Shown here: positions 1 through 12,540 of the stretch, in pieces | Numbering within the stretch: the first letter of the stretch is position 1 | Layout: every line of letters begins with the position of its first letter | Origin: Antedon mediterranea | Taxonomy: Eukaryota > Animalia > Echinodermata | Direction of reading: 5' to 3' | DNA: 64,000 nt | NCBI RefSeq assembly: GCF_964355755.1 | Contig: NC_092670.1 | Location: 33,716,388-33,780,387, forward strand | The notes under the pieces: generated by a model | What the model was told of the DNA's origin: nothing | Database searches by the model: none | Seen by the model: only the letters and a program-made list of their open reading frames with translations | Position numbers and translations under genes: made by a program

Positions 1-1799
1 GTGCAAATTCATAAAAATTCATAGTCACTAATGTGCAAACATCACGCCGTTAAATGTAAATGTCTTTGTTGACCGATTAGAGGTACCCTATTGAAGATTG
101 AAACCATGCCTTTATTATAGAATTGCATGATATTTATATATATTTTGTCAAATTCGTAAGGATACTGATAATGTACATTAAGGTTTTTATGAGAGAGTTA
201 TATTTAGGCCTAATGTTTTTGTTATATTTCATAGAATAGGTAGGGCCTACTTATCTACATTATTTTATTTTATTTACGTAAAATGTGGTTTTTCTTCTCG
301 GGCTGATTTTCAATATGTTTCTTTTTCGTCAGAGCGGAATAATAAACATTGTAAACATTTGGCCTGCAAAGTTGTCATGTTCAAAATGAGATCAGTTCAA
401 GTGTAATTAAAAGATATATATTTCAAAACAAACAGACAAGTTAGTATATTATGCAATTAAATCCTTTATTCTGTGTATAAGGTTACAAAGTAATTAAACT
501 AGTATTATTCAATCAAGTCAGTGCTTTTTTTTCATTGAAAACATGTGTCTGTTACATATTTTTATTTTACGTTGTTTTATCCATTAAAATGTGTAAGGAA
601 TTCATTTTAAAATGTGCCTGTCTGCGTAATATTCAAAATAATTTTACATTTAAAAAAAGATAATCTGTTCAATGAAAAGCTTAAGGTATTAACTTTAAAG
701 ACATTTTGCATTTTGATTGAAATCTCCATTCTGTGTAATACATTTTTATAATATTATGGAAAGCTCATTTTACAAAGAAGACACTATACTACACATGTAC
801 ATAAAACACCAACAAATCAATGCTATTCTTCCCGGCCCGGGGGAATAAAGAGATCACAAGCAAACTTATTATATACGTACACTATGTAATAATCTGGGTA
901 TTAGATTTGGCCATCGTGAAGGGATAAGTAATACGTAACGTGAGAGTTGTATTTTTTAAAATCTTTATTTAAGATGTATTGTGCCCCAAAAACATGAAAA
1001 TGAAAATTAATTAAATCAGACTTTGAATAGGTTTTTGTAGTTTTAATAAAGTTAATCCCTTCCATAAAAATAACAAACAACAAAATAATGTTTTCTCATA
1101 TAAAATGACAAAATAAATTGTTACATTCTACCAAAAATCCATTGACTGCCAGCCAATTCGACCAATTTTGTATATAAAATATTTTTTTTCAGGTAAAAAT
1201 ACATTATTTTTTTTCGATTCAATTTTTGTTCAAAGTGGATAATTATCATGTGAAATTAAAATGGCACATTCAACAACAACAAATTGAAACATTATTTTTT
1301 TGGAGGAAAACACAATCAAGGTCAGTTAAAATACTGTACATACATATCAAAATAATACTTAAATAGAAAACATTTGAGCAAAAGAACAGAACTTGATCAC
1401 AATGATAGCCAAGAAAAGTTTCCTTACTTCCACTATTATAATAAGTAATTATGAAAATGTCGTTTTTAAATACGACAATTCAATACAAACTATATTGGAA
1501 CGTGTTGGTTATTACTTCTTACTACCATTGCTAGGATGATTCATTGCGACGGCGTTACTTTTACTCACTACAGACGGTTCACTCATGGCAGTACCATCCG
1601 TGTTGATGTACTCGGCTGCTAAAGTACATGTTATCTGAAACAAAACAAATCATTATAAAAGAACCTCTAAACGAATCCTAGTTTTATTATTAGAGGCTGT
1701 GCTGCGGGGTAGTTGTCCTTAGAAAGGAAGTTGTTCCTGATAAAAAAAAATCTCAAAAAACATCGAGCAGATCTCTTCTTTAAATTTAATTTGAATATA

Positions 1800-1915
1800 T
1801 TTTAGCCGCGTGCAACGCGACTCTACAGCTCACTGTGTCGGTCGGTTGGTCGATCGGTAATCGCTAACTCAAATTTGAGCACGCGAATGCGCTACAGGAT
1901 GTATATGGCCTTGTT
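1800..1915 (+). mobile_element. Short non-autonomous Helentron/DINE-1-like (HINE) element
   Basis: Terminal palindrome (gccgcgtgcaacgcgac), GTCG microsatellite, ggccttgtt end; same family as 2007-2213 and at least 7 other copies. Confidence 0.6.
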
Positions 1916-2006
1916 AATATTGATTTAATAAATATGCATTTTTGTATGTATTTAAGTTATATGTATGATTGATTATTATGTCAATGATGTTTATGAATTT
2001 AACACC

Positions 2007-2213
2007 TTTTTAGTCGCGTGGACGCGACTCTATAGTTCACTATGTCGGTCGGTCGGTCTGTCGGTCTGTCTGTCGGTCCGGTATCACTATGCGTGTTATC
2101 GCTTTTCTGTACTTTTTGAACTGTTTTGATGTACAGAAAAGATTTAAAGTACATTACTTTTTGAAAGTTCATTTTTTTCTGAGAGCACGCTACTTATGGC
2201 TGTTGGCCTTGTT
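2007..2213 (+). mobile_element. HINE/DINE-1-like element
   Basis: tttttagtcgcgtggacgcgactc subterminal palindrome, (GTCG/GTCT)n microsatellite, end ggctgttggccttgttt, T-rich flanks. Confidence 0.65.
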
Positions 2214-4390
2214 TACTTTACCGGATTGCTTTTGAAAAAATAAATAACTTCTCGTATTTCGCGGATTTGCGTTGAAAACTCAAAAAAACCTCAAGCAGAT
2301 CTTTTCTGTTTTAAAATGAATTTTAATATAATAATTTTTAATTAAATATGCATTTTTTTTTATTGAAGTAATATGTATGACTGATTATTATTTCAATTAT
2401 GTCTGTAAATTTAACACCTTTTTGTGTAATTTTTTTTTTTTGTATTGTGGTTTTTATTTAGTTTGTTGTTTCTTACCAGTGTAATGCCAGAACCAAATAC
2501 GCTTCTCAGCGGTTGAGTGCCCAATGTTACTGAATTACCATGAACCGCTGAAAATGCAAAGCTGTTTCTATTATCTCCTTGCGCATACCATTTCACAGTA
2601 TACGACATATTGATGTAGTGCTGCACATTGAATCTACAGATAAACTCAGTGTCACCTAAGCTTGTCTCCAATGTTGGCGAAATTGGGTTTACAGGAGGAT
2701 TGTCTGAAAAAACATTTTATTGGTACATTTAAATACAAATAAAAACAAATGTAATTTTCTCCCTTACATCTGCAATGTTTTGTTTTTAAATTGTTTAAAG
2801 GTTCACTTCAAATCTGGAGTGGAAAACGACCTCTTTTCTTACCCCAAGGTTCTTTTCACTTCATTATGATGATAATAATACATACATTAATCAAAACCTC
2901 AGCAGCAGCTGGGTAGATCATATGAAAAATATATCCCTTTCTAAAGAAACGTAAAATAGTTCATTTGCAAAGTAAAACATATTACTTATTAACGAGAATA
3001 CTTTGTATTTATTTTTGTTCTTGCTTTTATGTTATTAATTGTAAATTGCATTTATGGGTGTTAATATTTATGCAATTTTTGTATATGCCTGTGAGCAGGG
3101 GCAACATTATAACGGACTATATGTCGTTCTTTGGCTAAATGAAACTTTGTTGTTGTTTTTTTTTTTGGTAAATAAATACATAATACTATGTTGATGCTTG
3201 CTGATTTTATACTATGTTGATGCTTGCTGATTTTAGTGGAAATAAATGTGGAATTGATTTGATTTATACAAAATAAAGATAAACTTACGCATGCAGTTAG
3301 GCGTGTAACCATTTGATGAACGTTTTCCTTGGGAACAAGGAACCTCTTTACCTGTAAAACGTTTACCTTTACATCATTCAACAGTTTAATAATATTATTG
3401 TATACCTCTACAAATATCGTTTTTTGAAAACGCCTAAAATGTAATGACTTAATATTATTATTAATTTGTCGAAATTTTAAATGACGGAAAAATTAATAAT
3501 TGATTACGGGTAATAGTCTAGCTTTCAAGTATATTTGGTTGAACTTATGTCATACTAATTGTATAATATATTATATAAAACTGATTAAGCAAATGCGTCA
3601 ATAAATGATACAAAAAATGTCCCGTGTTGTCCTGTTTGTTTTTTTTTTCATTTTCTATGGGCTGCCTTATACAAGCTTTGCTTTTTAGGAATGTTGCCCC
3701 TCTTATTTTAATAATTTTTACTGTTAATTTTTATTTTCTATGAAAGACAAGAGAAATAAATGTTACTTTGATTGATTGATTGATTGATAGGTTGTACCTG
3801 CACAAAATCCCTCATTACAATTAGGAGGCTGGAACAACTTGTAGACATAGTACCCATTACAGTTTTATATATTAATGGTGCGTGTGTCTGTACAGCAGTT
3901 ATCGTCTCCATTGGTACTTTCACTCGTGCATACTTGTCTTGTTGCAATTCCTTCTTGTGGACTTGGATGATTACCTGCAGAATCATACAAACAAAAAAAG
4001 TAAGTTACTTGTAAAATGTCATACACTGTAGGTCCAGATATATTATTTTTAAATAACTCTTACAGTATTGAGTTAAATGGGCATAACTAGAAAGTAGTAC
4101 TTCTGCATCATTTGTCATTAGTTTCGTGTTACTATGATGTACGGTTTACGAGTTCTGAGGAATTGAACATTATCTAAGGTCAAAGGTTAGATTTTATATC
4201 TAAAATCTTAAAAGTTTCCGATACGTTCAATTCAATAAGTTCAATTTGAAGTATATATCCTTTTTTGTATAAATGTGTAAACTCTATGTTCACTTGTAAT
4301 CTTGTATCTAATTTTAATTTTAATGTCCCAATTCGTAGACTTTGTTCAAACTCAATGTTGCATGTACAATTTGTCTGTAAATAATGTTTG

Positions 4391-5354
4391 TATGAATATT
4401 CATATTCATATTCATTTATTATCCAGAAAAAATAATACAAAAACAATACAAAAAGCATATATTACATAGAACAACAACAAGCAGAGAAAAAGCGCAGAAC
4501 ACTATCCTGGCGGATTGTCAAAAAGCAAAAAATATCGCTATAAAAGACTCTCCTGATAGTGCTGGTGGCAAAATAACATTAACAAGGATAAACATTTAAC
4601 AACCCGGTAACATAGAATTTATATAAAACAGAATAAAAATTGCAATCATTATAAATAAACATGTCTGTTATATATACCGGAATCTCATCCCACATCCGTG
4701 GAAATGAAATAAAAACAGAATAAAAAAAAGCATTAGTACGAGACTTCTCATGTCTGAAAACAAGTTTCTCACTTCTACGTTCAACAGGTTTAGGTAGCAA
4801 AGCACCATCAATTAGGAAATCTGTACAGAGGCACTTCACAACAAATTTAACACGGATGAATTTAAGTCTATTATAAATCGTGGGTAATTTTAGAGTCCGT
4901 AACCTTTGTTCGTATGACGGCCGCATGTCATAATCCATGTGAAAAAAACGTGGGAAGCATGATCGTGTAAAGCGTCTCTGAACAGATTCAATCTGATTGA
5001 TGGTGCTTTGCAGAAATGGAAACCAGACAGGTGAAGCGTATTCAATTACAGGCCTAATGATAGACTTAAATAATTTAGGAAAAACGGTCTGATCATTGGT
5101 TCTAACACACCTCTTTGTGTGTACAGCATAGGTGCATTTGGTGGGCGATAGAAGCATCCGATCAAGATCTTACCAAGCTTACATGTAATCTCAGCCCATA
5201 CAATTTCCAGGTTGTTGTGTTTAAACGCAGTTGTTGTTGGTTTACACGCATCACTGATGACCAGCATCACTCCACCACCATGCCTATTTCGATCGTTCCT
5301 GAATATCTGGTAACCACTCTCTATATATTTGATAGAATTTGTTGTTTGTAACAA
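4391..5354 (-). mobile_element. Internally deleted CR1/L2-group LINE remnant
   Basis: APE endonuclease motifs (RNDRNRHGGGV, GCFYRPP) directly abut the post-RT C-terminus (IIRPVIEYASPVW, ESVQRRFTR). 3' AATAAA plus (GAATAT)n tail at 4391-4420. Confidence 0.8.
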
Positions 5355-5443
5355 CTGTGTTTGTCAAAATCCTGAATTAGATATATTTGATAGAATTTGT
5401 TGTTTGTAACAACTGTGTTTGTCAAAATCCTGAATTAGATATC
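5323..5443. repeat. 58-bp tandem duplication
   Basis: atatatttgatagaatttg...cctgaattag occurs twice in tandem. Confidence 0.85.
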
Positions 5444-7378
5444 TTTTTTGTACCTTTTTAAAGTTTGTAAGTGTATCGTCCATGAATTAGTTAACAATGC
5501 TGCCAATACTTTTACTTTTTTTTTGTTTTATTTTTATAAGTGTGATTTTATATATATTTGTCTTGTCATCCAATTGTCAGTCGGCAGAATGTCATGACGG
5601 TCGAGTGCATGTCGGTCAATTGTCTGTCGGCGAAGTGTCCTGTTGGCTTTATTGTCATTAAAATGTCATGTCGTCCAAATGTTCTGCAGAAGACAAATTG
5701 TTCGGTCTGCGAAATGTGAGTACGCAAAACATCCGATAACCTACCAAACAACCATATCGGCTTGAGAACACTACATCTACCCGTCTTAACACACTCTATT
5801 GGCATCTCCCCACCGCCTACTCAGTAAAACGATACCAGTAGTCTATCAGTCCAGTGTAACATTTGAGGTTTTTGGCTTCAGCAACGTAGTTAATACTTCG
5901 CCAAGGTTGATTAACATCAATATATGCAGTACAAGGGTTATCTAAAATTAATGTATAGATAGATGTGGAGCAGCTCTCTTTTTTTTTATTGTTAATCTTC
6001 ATCTTTCGCTAAATTGTTAAAGAACTATGCGTCAAATGTACGTATTATTTATTTTCATAAACATAATTGTTAAAATGTTATTAAAAAGTAGGAATAAACA
6101 ATTAATGTTAGATTATGTCATACTTGTTTTGATATTTCTTTTTTTTAACTCATAACATTGCTTTATTCACTTTGATAATCATTTTTTCATAACTGCCTTT
6201 CAGATATCAATTCAATTCACAACGCATAAACATAAATATAAAACTCGTATGCGTACGCAAGAACGTTGAGCTTCAACATTTTAAAGTTTTCAAAATAAAT
6301 GTCTGATCAAATTAAAGCATCTTTCATAACATTTTGAGCGTTTGAATCTTTTTTTTCACGTCACGGACGCATTTTTTGCGCATAGCACGTAAGTTGCGTT
6401 AAGTTCATTTTTCAATGGGAAATTTACTTTTACCTATTCTGCACTCTATACACAGTACATACTTTATAATATTCTATTATATAATGGCAGAACTCAGCAT
6501 CACTAAGCGTATAGAGTATACTGTATGTAATTTATTCATATTAGCAATTTAACGTCTGGATTGGAGACTAATAAAGGAGTTCTACAAGATGGCTGAACAT
6601 TAGCACATGGTCTGATTTCTTAGTGAAATACTTAGTGTTATCATTCATTCCCAGAGCACAATATATAACATTGGCGACGAGAATTGTGGATAAGTGAACT
6701 CCGTGAATATTATAAGTAAGCAATAATGTCTAAATTTGACATATCGATGGAGTATTTTGATCCAACCATACAAGAATGGGCGAGATGGATCGCCAGGTTT
6801 GATAACTACTTAGTGGCGGCGAACGTGACTGCTGACGTAAGGAAGAGAGCACTACTGCTACACTTCATTGGCCCAGGTAACTTTAACACATTCGAAATGC
6901 TACCAAATAAAGGTACTGACATACGTACAGGCAAAAGAAGCTTTGAAAAATTACTTCTTACCATCATCGAACAGTGAATTTTAAAGATCGAAATTTAGAA
7001 AGTTACAGCAAAATAAAGGTGAGCGCATTGACGTGTATCACATTAGACTACGTGAACAAGCTGATAAGTGTGATTTGATTTCCATGATATTAGTGGAGAG
7101 ATTAAATCACATATTATTCAATCGACAACAGATTCTAAGCTAAGAAAATTTGGTTTGAAAACGGTTGGATGTACATTAGATGAGTTACTTCTACAGGGTA
7201 GGACAAATGAACTAACAACTAAACAATCAAATGAAATGGAGAACTTTGATAATACTAGTAGTAGTATGCCTAGTCGAAGTGGCGAGACTAAGGCAGGTCA
7301 TTCAGTTAATAAAATAACTCAAGCGAAGCAATGTAATAAGTGTGGTTCTACACCAGGCTATAATAATAATAATAATAA

Positions 7379-8355
7379 CTAGAATTTAATTCGTCACTTT
7401 GACGAATTATAGGTGATCATTTTTATCATTTTAATAAAATTAACATTTTTTAAACATGCATGTACGTTAACATACGATCGTTAAAAGTTGATGTACGCCA
7501 TCCTATGACATGATTGCATATACACTTATAGTGCTGAGTTCTAACTATGTGTCATATAATATGTACAGTATATACTGTATATCTATACATATACAGTGTA
7601 GCATAGGTGAAATTACGGGACTCATATCGTGTTCTAATTTTTTGGTATGATGGAATTTTCAAAATAAACTCGAAGATGACAATTTCGAAAGATAATGAAT
7701 TGAGCAAATAAATATAAGGATTGGAAGAAAATTTGACACGTAGAAGCGCAATGCGCGGTCTTTGAAATTTGTATAACTTTGACTAAAGAAATTTAAAAAC
7801 TACTTTTTAACTTCAACTGGCCATATGATAACATCACAACATCCGATAGGCTTAATTTTAATATGAATTTATATCTACATTTCATCAACTTTCATAATAA
7901 CTTATAATCTTCAAGGTCACCTTTAATTCTGAAGAGCTATAAAATATTCAAATGTATGGTGTAGCTGAAATTACACGACCTACGTTATTCAAGTTTTTAC
8001 GCGTGATGACGTCATCAAAATAAAAATGTTGACAACTCATTAGAAGAATAATTAATTGAGCAAGCACATACTAAAAGTTGTGCGAAAATCAGGCTCAAAT
8101 AACGGAGATGCGCTCTAATGAATGTGATAACCCACACAAAAAGAAAAAAATTCCTAATTTTTAAATTCAAGTGGCCATTTGATGACGTCATACCATTTTG
8201 TACGTCTAATGTGTATATACATTTGTATCTACAACTTATTGGCTTCCATAATAAGTTAAAAAAATTGGGGTAGTTTATCCATCCTGTAATTGGCGGGTTA
8301 CTCGCTGTTGGATGACTATGAAATAAAATAAAAAAATAAAAATAAAAAAAATAAA
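7379..8355 (-). mobile_element. Helentron-like non-autonomous element nested in the LTR element
   Basis: Its start is the reverse complement of the subTIR + hairpin + CTAG 3' end at 24040-24073. 7730-8200 is homologous (inverted) to 23500-23990. Right boundary is approximate. Confidence 0.7.
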
Positions 8356-8357
8356 AA

Positions 8358-8783
8358 TTGTTTGAGTCTGATAAGAACGGTATTACAGGAGAAAAAGTTC
8401 ATATTAACATGAAACAAAATGTTCAACCCATATATTGTAAAGCTAGATTTGTACCATATACAATGAAATCTAAAGTAGAAAGAGAGTTGGTTAGATTAGA
8501 AAATGAACATGTACTAACGAAAGTAGAAAAATCAAATTGGGCATCACCTATAGTAGTAGTTCCTAAATCCGACGGTACTGTTAGAATCTGTGGGGACTAT
8601 AGTGTTACCATAAACCAACATGTGACAGATGAAGAATACAGCTTACCCAGTGCTGATGATTTGTACTCTGAACTTTCAAGGAAACGTGTATTTACAAAGC
8701 TTGACTTATCATATGCGTGCACACAGTTGAATATTGAGGAAGAGGGTAAAGAGTTTGTAACTATAAACACACACAAGTGTTAG
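8358..8783 (+). CDS. Gypsy reverse transcriptase N-terminal fragment
   Basis: WASPIVVVPKSDGTVRICGDY and FTKLDL motifs; truncated before YxDD. Confidence 0.85.
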   Translation: MFESDKNGITGEKVHINMKQNVQPIYCKARFVPYTMKSKVERELVRLENEHVLTKVEKSNWASPIVVVPKSDGTVRICGDYSVTINQHVTDEEYSLPSADDLYSELSRKRVFTKLDLSYACTQLNIEEEGKEFVTINTHKC

Positions 8784-8786
8784 GAG

Positions 8787-9599
8787 TTGTTACCTACCAC
8801 ACCACTTATTCCTTGGAAATGGCCAACTAGACCATTCCAGAGAATTCACATTGATTTTTGTGAGAAGGATAAAGATAATTTCTTAGTGTTAATTGATAGT
8901 CACTTAAAGTGGTTAGAGGTAGTGCATATGAAAACAACCACAAGTACTAGAACCATTGAGGAACTAAAACTAATATTTGCACGTTTCGGTTTACCCGAGG
9001 AAATTGTTTGTGATAACGGTCCTCAGTTTTCAAGTACAGACTTTGAAATATTTTACCAAAATAATGGTATAATGGCATTAACGTTTTCATCTGTATATCA
9101 TGCACCCACTAATGGAGCTGCCGAAAGATCGGTTAGAGTCATTAAAGATGCGTTAAAAAAACAAGTGATTGAAGGCAAAAAGGATAATATCAAAGTTAGA
9201 CTAGCTAACTTTTTATTCAGATACAGAATGACACCTCATACAACTACTAAGTGTACACCATCTGAATTATTTCTGAAAAGAAATTTAAGAACAAGACTGT
9301 CATTAGTAAATCCTAGTTTAGCGGAACGAATAGAATGTAAACAATATAGCCAAAAACTCCATAAAGATCCTAAAACACAATCAGAAAGAATCTTTTCAGT
9401 GTCAGACAAAGTAAAAGTGAAAAACATGAGAACACAAGGTAAAGGACAAGACAAATGGCTAAATGGCATTGTAATAAAGTTATTAGGTCCAAGAAAGTAT
9501 GAAGTTAAAATAGGACGATTGGTTAATTTTAATACATCTAATCAAATGATGTTGGATACCACATCTGATGTAAAGAGAGAGAAAGGAAAAGGGAAATAA
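8787..9599 (+). CDS. Gypsy integrase core
   Basis: RIHIDF, FGLPEEIVCDNGPQF, NGAAERSV and YRMTPHTTT motifs. Confidence 0.9.
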   Translation: MLPTTPLIPWKWPTRPFQRIHIDFCEKDKDNFLVLIDSHLKWLEVVHMKTTTSTRTIEELKLIFARFGLPEEIVCDNGPQFSSTDFEIFYQNNGIMALTFSSVYHAPTNGAAERSVRVIKDALKKQVIEGKKDNIKVRLANFLFRYRMTPHTTTKCTPSELFLKRNLRTRLSLVNPSLAERIECKQYSQKLHKDPKTQSERIFSVSDKVKVKNMRTQGKGQDKWLNGIVIKLLGPRKYEVKIGRLVNFNTSNQMMLDTTSDVKREKGKGK

Positions 9600-10313
9600 G
9601 ATGTAATCATTATATAGTTAATTTAAATCTAGAAGATCTTGTTTTTGTTATATGCATTATGTTTATTGTTACTTAGTTTTAGAATGTTATGTTAGATAGC
9701 CATACTATAATTAATACTGTATTTTACAAAACCAATACCTGTATCACTTGACTCAATTTTAAAAGAAAGAAGTAATGTAATATATTCATATTAGCAATTT
9801 AACGTCTGGATTGGAGACTAATAAAGGAGTTCTACAAGATGGCTGAACATTAGCACATGGTCTTAGTGTTATCATTCATTCCCAGAGCACAATATATAAC
9901 ACTGTACATCAGACCATAGGATGGAATACTGTACTTTATCAACATTTTGCTCCTGTTAATGTAATTTATAAGGTTAAATGTGAGTAAAATTATTAACAAT
10001 GATCACTTCGCAAATTTGACGATTTAAATTCTATTTGTTAACAAACAATTTTTAACATGTTAAAGATGGTTTGTTTATGCTCAGTGTTTTACCAATACAT
10101 TATGAGTGTTTTGAACTAAGATTACCGGCATTCCATAAAAACTATGTTGCCAGTGATCTACGATTACTAAATTTATATTGTACTTTTTTAATTTTTGTCA
10201 TAATACATTTACATAAGTGAAAATATTATGGTTATAACATAGAAATAAAATATGTTAATTAACAAAAAACACAATACAATACTGCATGACTGTAAAGGGT
10301 TTATAAAACTTAC

Positions 10314-11343
10314 CGTCAATTAATTGTTCACAGCAGCTACCTGTATACGGAAAAGGACAATCCACACAAGAATCAGATGATGCTGTTCCACGTATACATC
10401 CTTGTGAACAAACGCAAGTATTTTGATTTTCACAGGTTTTGTGTTGTTCTGATAAGCCATTACATGTCATACCTCCACAGGACTCTGGCGTCATTACAAT
10501 ACGGATTCTTGTCTGTGTACCATTTCCACAAGTTACAGAACAGGATGTCCATTCTTGCCAATCACCCCAAACGCAAATAATACTTTCACCAGAAGGCTCA
10601 CTACACGTTGTGCCTCCACAATACTCTGACATCTCCACACATCGTGTTCTTGTCTGTGTACCACCACTTCCACAAGTTACAGAACAAGCTGTCCATTCTT
10701 GCCAATCACCCCAAGCACAATTGACTGGACTGTAACCAGAGCAACTTCTCTGTTGTTCAGAAGGCTCACTACACGTGGTACCTCCACAATACTCTGACGT
10801 CTCCACACATCGTGTTCTTGTCTGTGTACCACCACTACCACAAGTTACAGAACAAGCTGTCCATTCATGCCAATCCCCCCAAGCACAATCGACTGGACTG
10901 TAACCAGAGCAACTTCTCTGTTGATGAGAAATTCCAGTGCATGCAGAACCTCCACAGAATTCGGATCTTGCCTTAGTACGTACTCTTGTCTGTGTCCCAC
11001 CACTACCACAAGATACGGAGCATGGCGACCATCCTTGCCAAGTACTCCATGAACAATTAATAATAGCTTGACCTGAGCAACTTTCGCTATCTGAGGCATC
11101 CCCACTACTACATGCTGAACCTCCACCTGACGCTGCGGTCACCACACTTCGTGTTTTAGTTCGTGTACCGCCATTTCCACAAGTTACAGAACAAGCACTC
11201 CATGGTTGCCAATTACTCCAGACGCAGTTAACGACAGGAGGTGACCTTCGCCGCCGACGTCTACGTCATCGGAAAAATGCATCCACACAAAGTAGCTGAA
11301 CAACAAAAACACATAAGAAGAGCATTCCTAGAGAAACCTTCAT
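10314..11343 (-). CDS. Large first coding exon: signal peptide, poly-Arg, five TSP1 repeats (WxxWxxWxxCSVTCG..TQTR.R), EGF-like module
   Basis: ORF 10255..11145 extends in frame to ATG 11343, interrupted only by one TGA. Donor gtaagt at 10313. Repeats 3 and 4 are near-identical at DNA level. Confidence 0.85.
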
Positions 11344-12054
11344 CTTAAAAAAACAAAATCACAAAATAATTATCAATATACAGTAATATCAAAATCATGG
11401 CAACGTCTTTGCTATTTTTACCAGTGTTTAGAGTTTTTTCGTCATTAAATTATTATATAGTTTGCATAGTATTTTTATAATTAATAGTTTATAAAGATAG
11501 ATAACAAACTTACTCGCTATTCAAGGAAATTGGTTAATTAATAACTTCACAACAACAAACACAAACAACAAACAAAGCAAAATTTGTATTTGTATTATTG
11601 CATGTTTAATTCTATTAACAACCGAGCACCGGATTATTTTAAAACTATTGTACAGGCATGCATTTTAAATATAATATCTGGTTAATTGTACATAAATCAC
11701 ATATTTGTAACATAAATCAAGACGAAAAAACATGAATTTTCCTTAATATAGTCAAATACAAAATTTGGCCAAATTCTGCTATAAAACCAGGAAGACTTTT
11801 TTTCAGTAGTTAGGTAGTTTAACCTAATGTAATAACATGTCTGGTGACTCCCTAGAAGGTAAAAAAAGATGGTGGATATACGATGTATAATTTTTGTGAT
11901 GGGATAACATTTTTTACCACACCGTTTATTTTTCATAGCTTTTTAAAATGCCTCTCTATTTACAAATTTTGTGTCCAAAAGAATAGAGATTTTACTTTGT
12001 AATTTGATACATCAAATCAAATCAAAATTGTATCCATACAGATAAGAAAGTGCT

Positions 12055-12540
12055 TATTTTCAATCGCGTACCATCTAGGACATGCCCACGGATTGTTCCC
12101 GAATACATAGTAATTTCAGCGTTAACAAACTGCCGATTTCAAATGTAGGCCTACGTACCATAGGAAAATGACACATGTCGTTTACAGGAACGAATAAATA
12201 GACACGATGATGTATGTACACAACTAAAATTAGCACCATGGGAATTACTTCCGAAAGAGAATCTTGTCACAAAATGAGACCAATTGTTTGAGTCTAATTT
12301 AAACAAACTTAATTTGTGTTTTGTATGTTAACATAACGGCTGAGGGATGGGAAAGAGCATGGGTGCAAAGAGGAACAATTTTTAAATATATTCATTATCC
12401 ATTTAGTAACAAAATAGTAATTGTTTTCATGTTTTACAAATAATATACCCCTAAACACAGTAAAACATTGCGATGTAATACTTTGTTGAAAATGTCACCG
12501 TCATAGTCGATTGAAATAGTACAGTACATGTAACGATACA
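12055..12540. repeat. Dispersed repeat, second copy at ~35826-36260
   Basis: Collinear blocks are shared (accatctag..gcccac, cgaatac..gtaatttcagcg, acaggaacgaataa, aattacttccg). The 35826 copy starts with a CTAG hairpin. Confidence 0.65.

Larger units (their letters stand above)
6526..9901 (+). mobile_element. Gypsy (Mag/SURL-like) LTR retrotransposon, internally deleted, in intron 1 of the TSP1 gene
   Basis: LTRs 6526-6670 and 9776-9901 (TG...CA). 5-bp TSD CTGTA (6521-6525, 9902-9906). PBS TGGCGACGAG at 6672, PPT aaaagaaagaag at 9761. gag remnants 6726-7350, RT N-terminus 8358-8783, integrase 8787-9599. Confidence 0.95.
1512..11343 (-). pseudogene. Secreted thrombospondin type-1 repeat (x5) + EGF-like + uromodulin/GP2-type D8C domain protein with VWDE-like C-terminal segment; three disabling lesions
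   Basis: Minus-strand exons with GT-AG borders and consistent phase: 11343-10314, 5941-5745, 3974-3798, 3351-3289, 2703-2477, 1634-1512 (TAA). N-terminus is MKVSLGMLFLCVFVVQLLCVDAFFR*RRRRRRSPP. D8C-like motifs: PWRS..WYRF..MPIEC..PIWL, HPSPQEGIATRQVC, NCNGYYVYKL..FCA. Lesions: TGA 11268-11266, 1-bp frameshift near 5821, TAA 3867-3865. Confidence 0.8.

Noticed and set aside
10377-11126. Overlapping antisense and alternate-frame ORFs
   Set aside because: Shadow frames of the TSP1 repeat exon.
11266-11268. Selenocysteine or programmed readthrough TGA
   Set aside because: It lies in an Arg tract (CGA>TGA CpG transition) and the gene has two further lesions.
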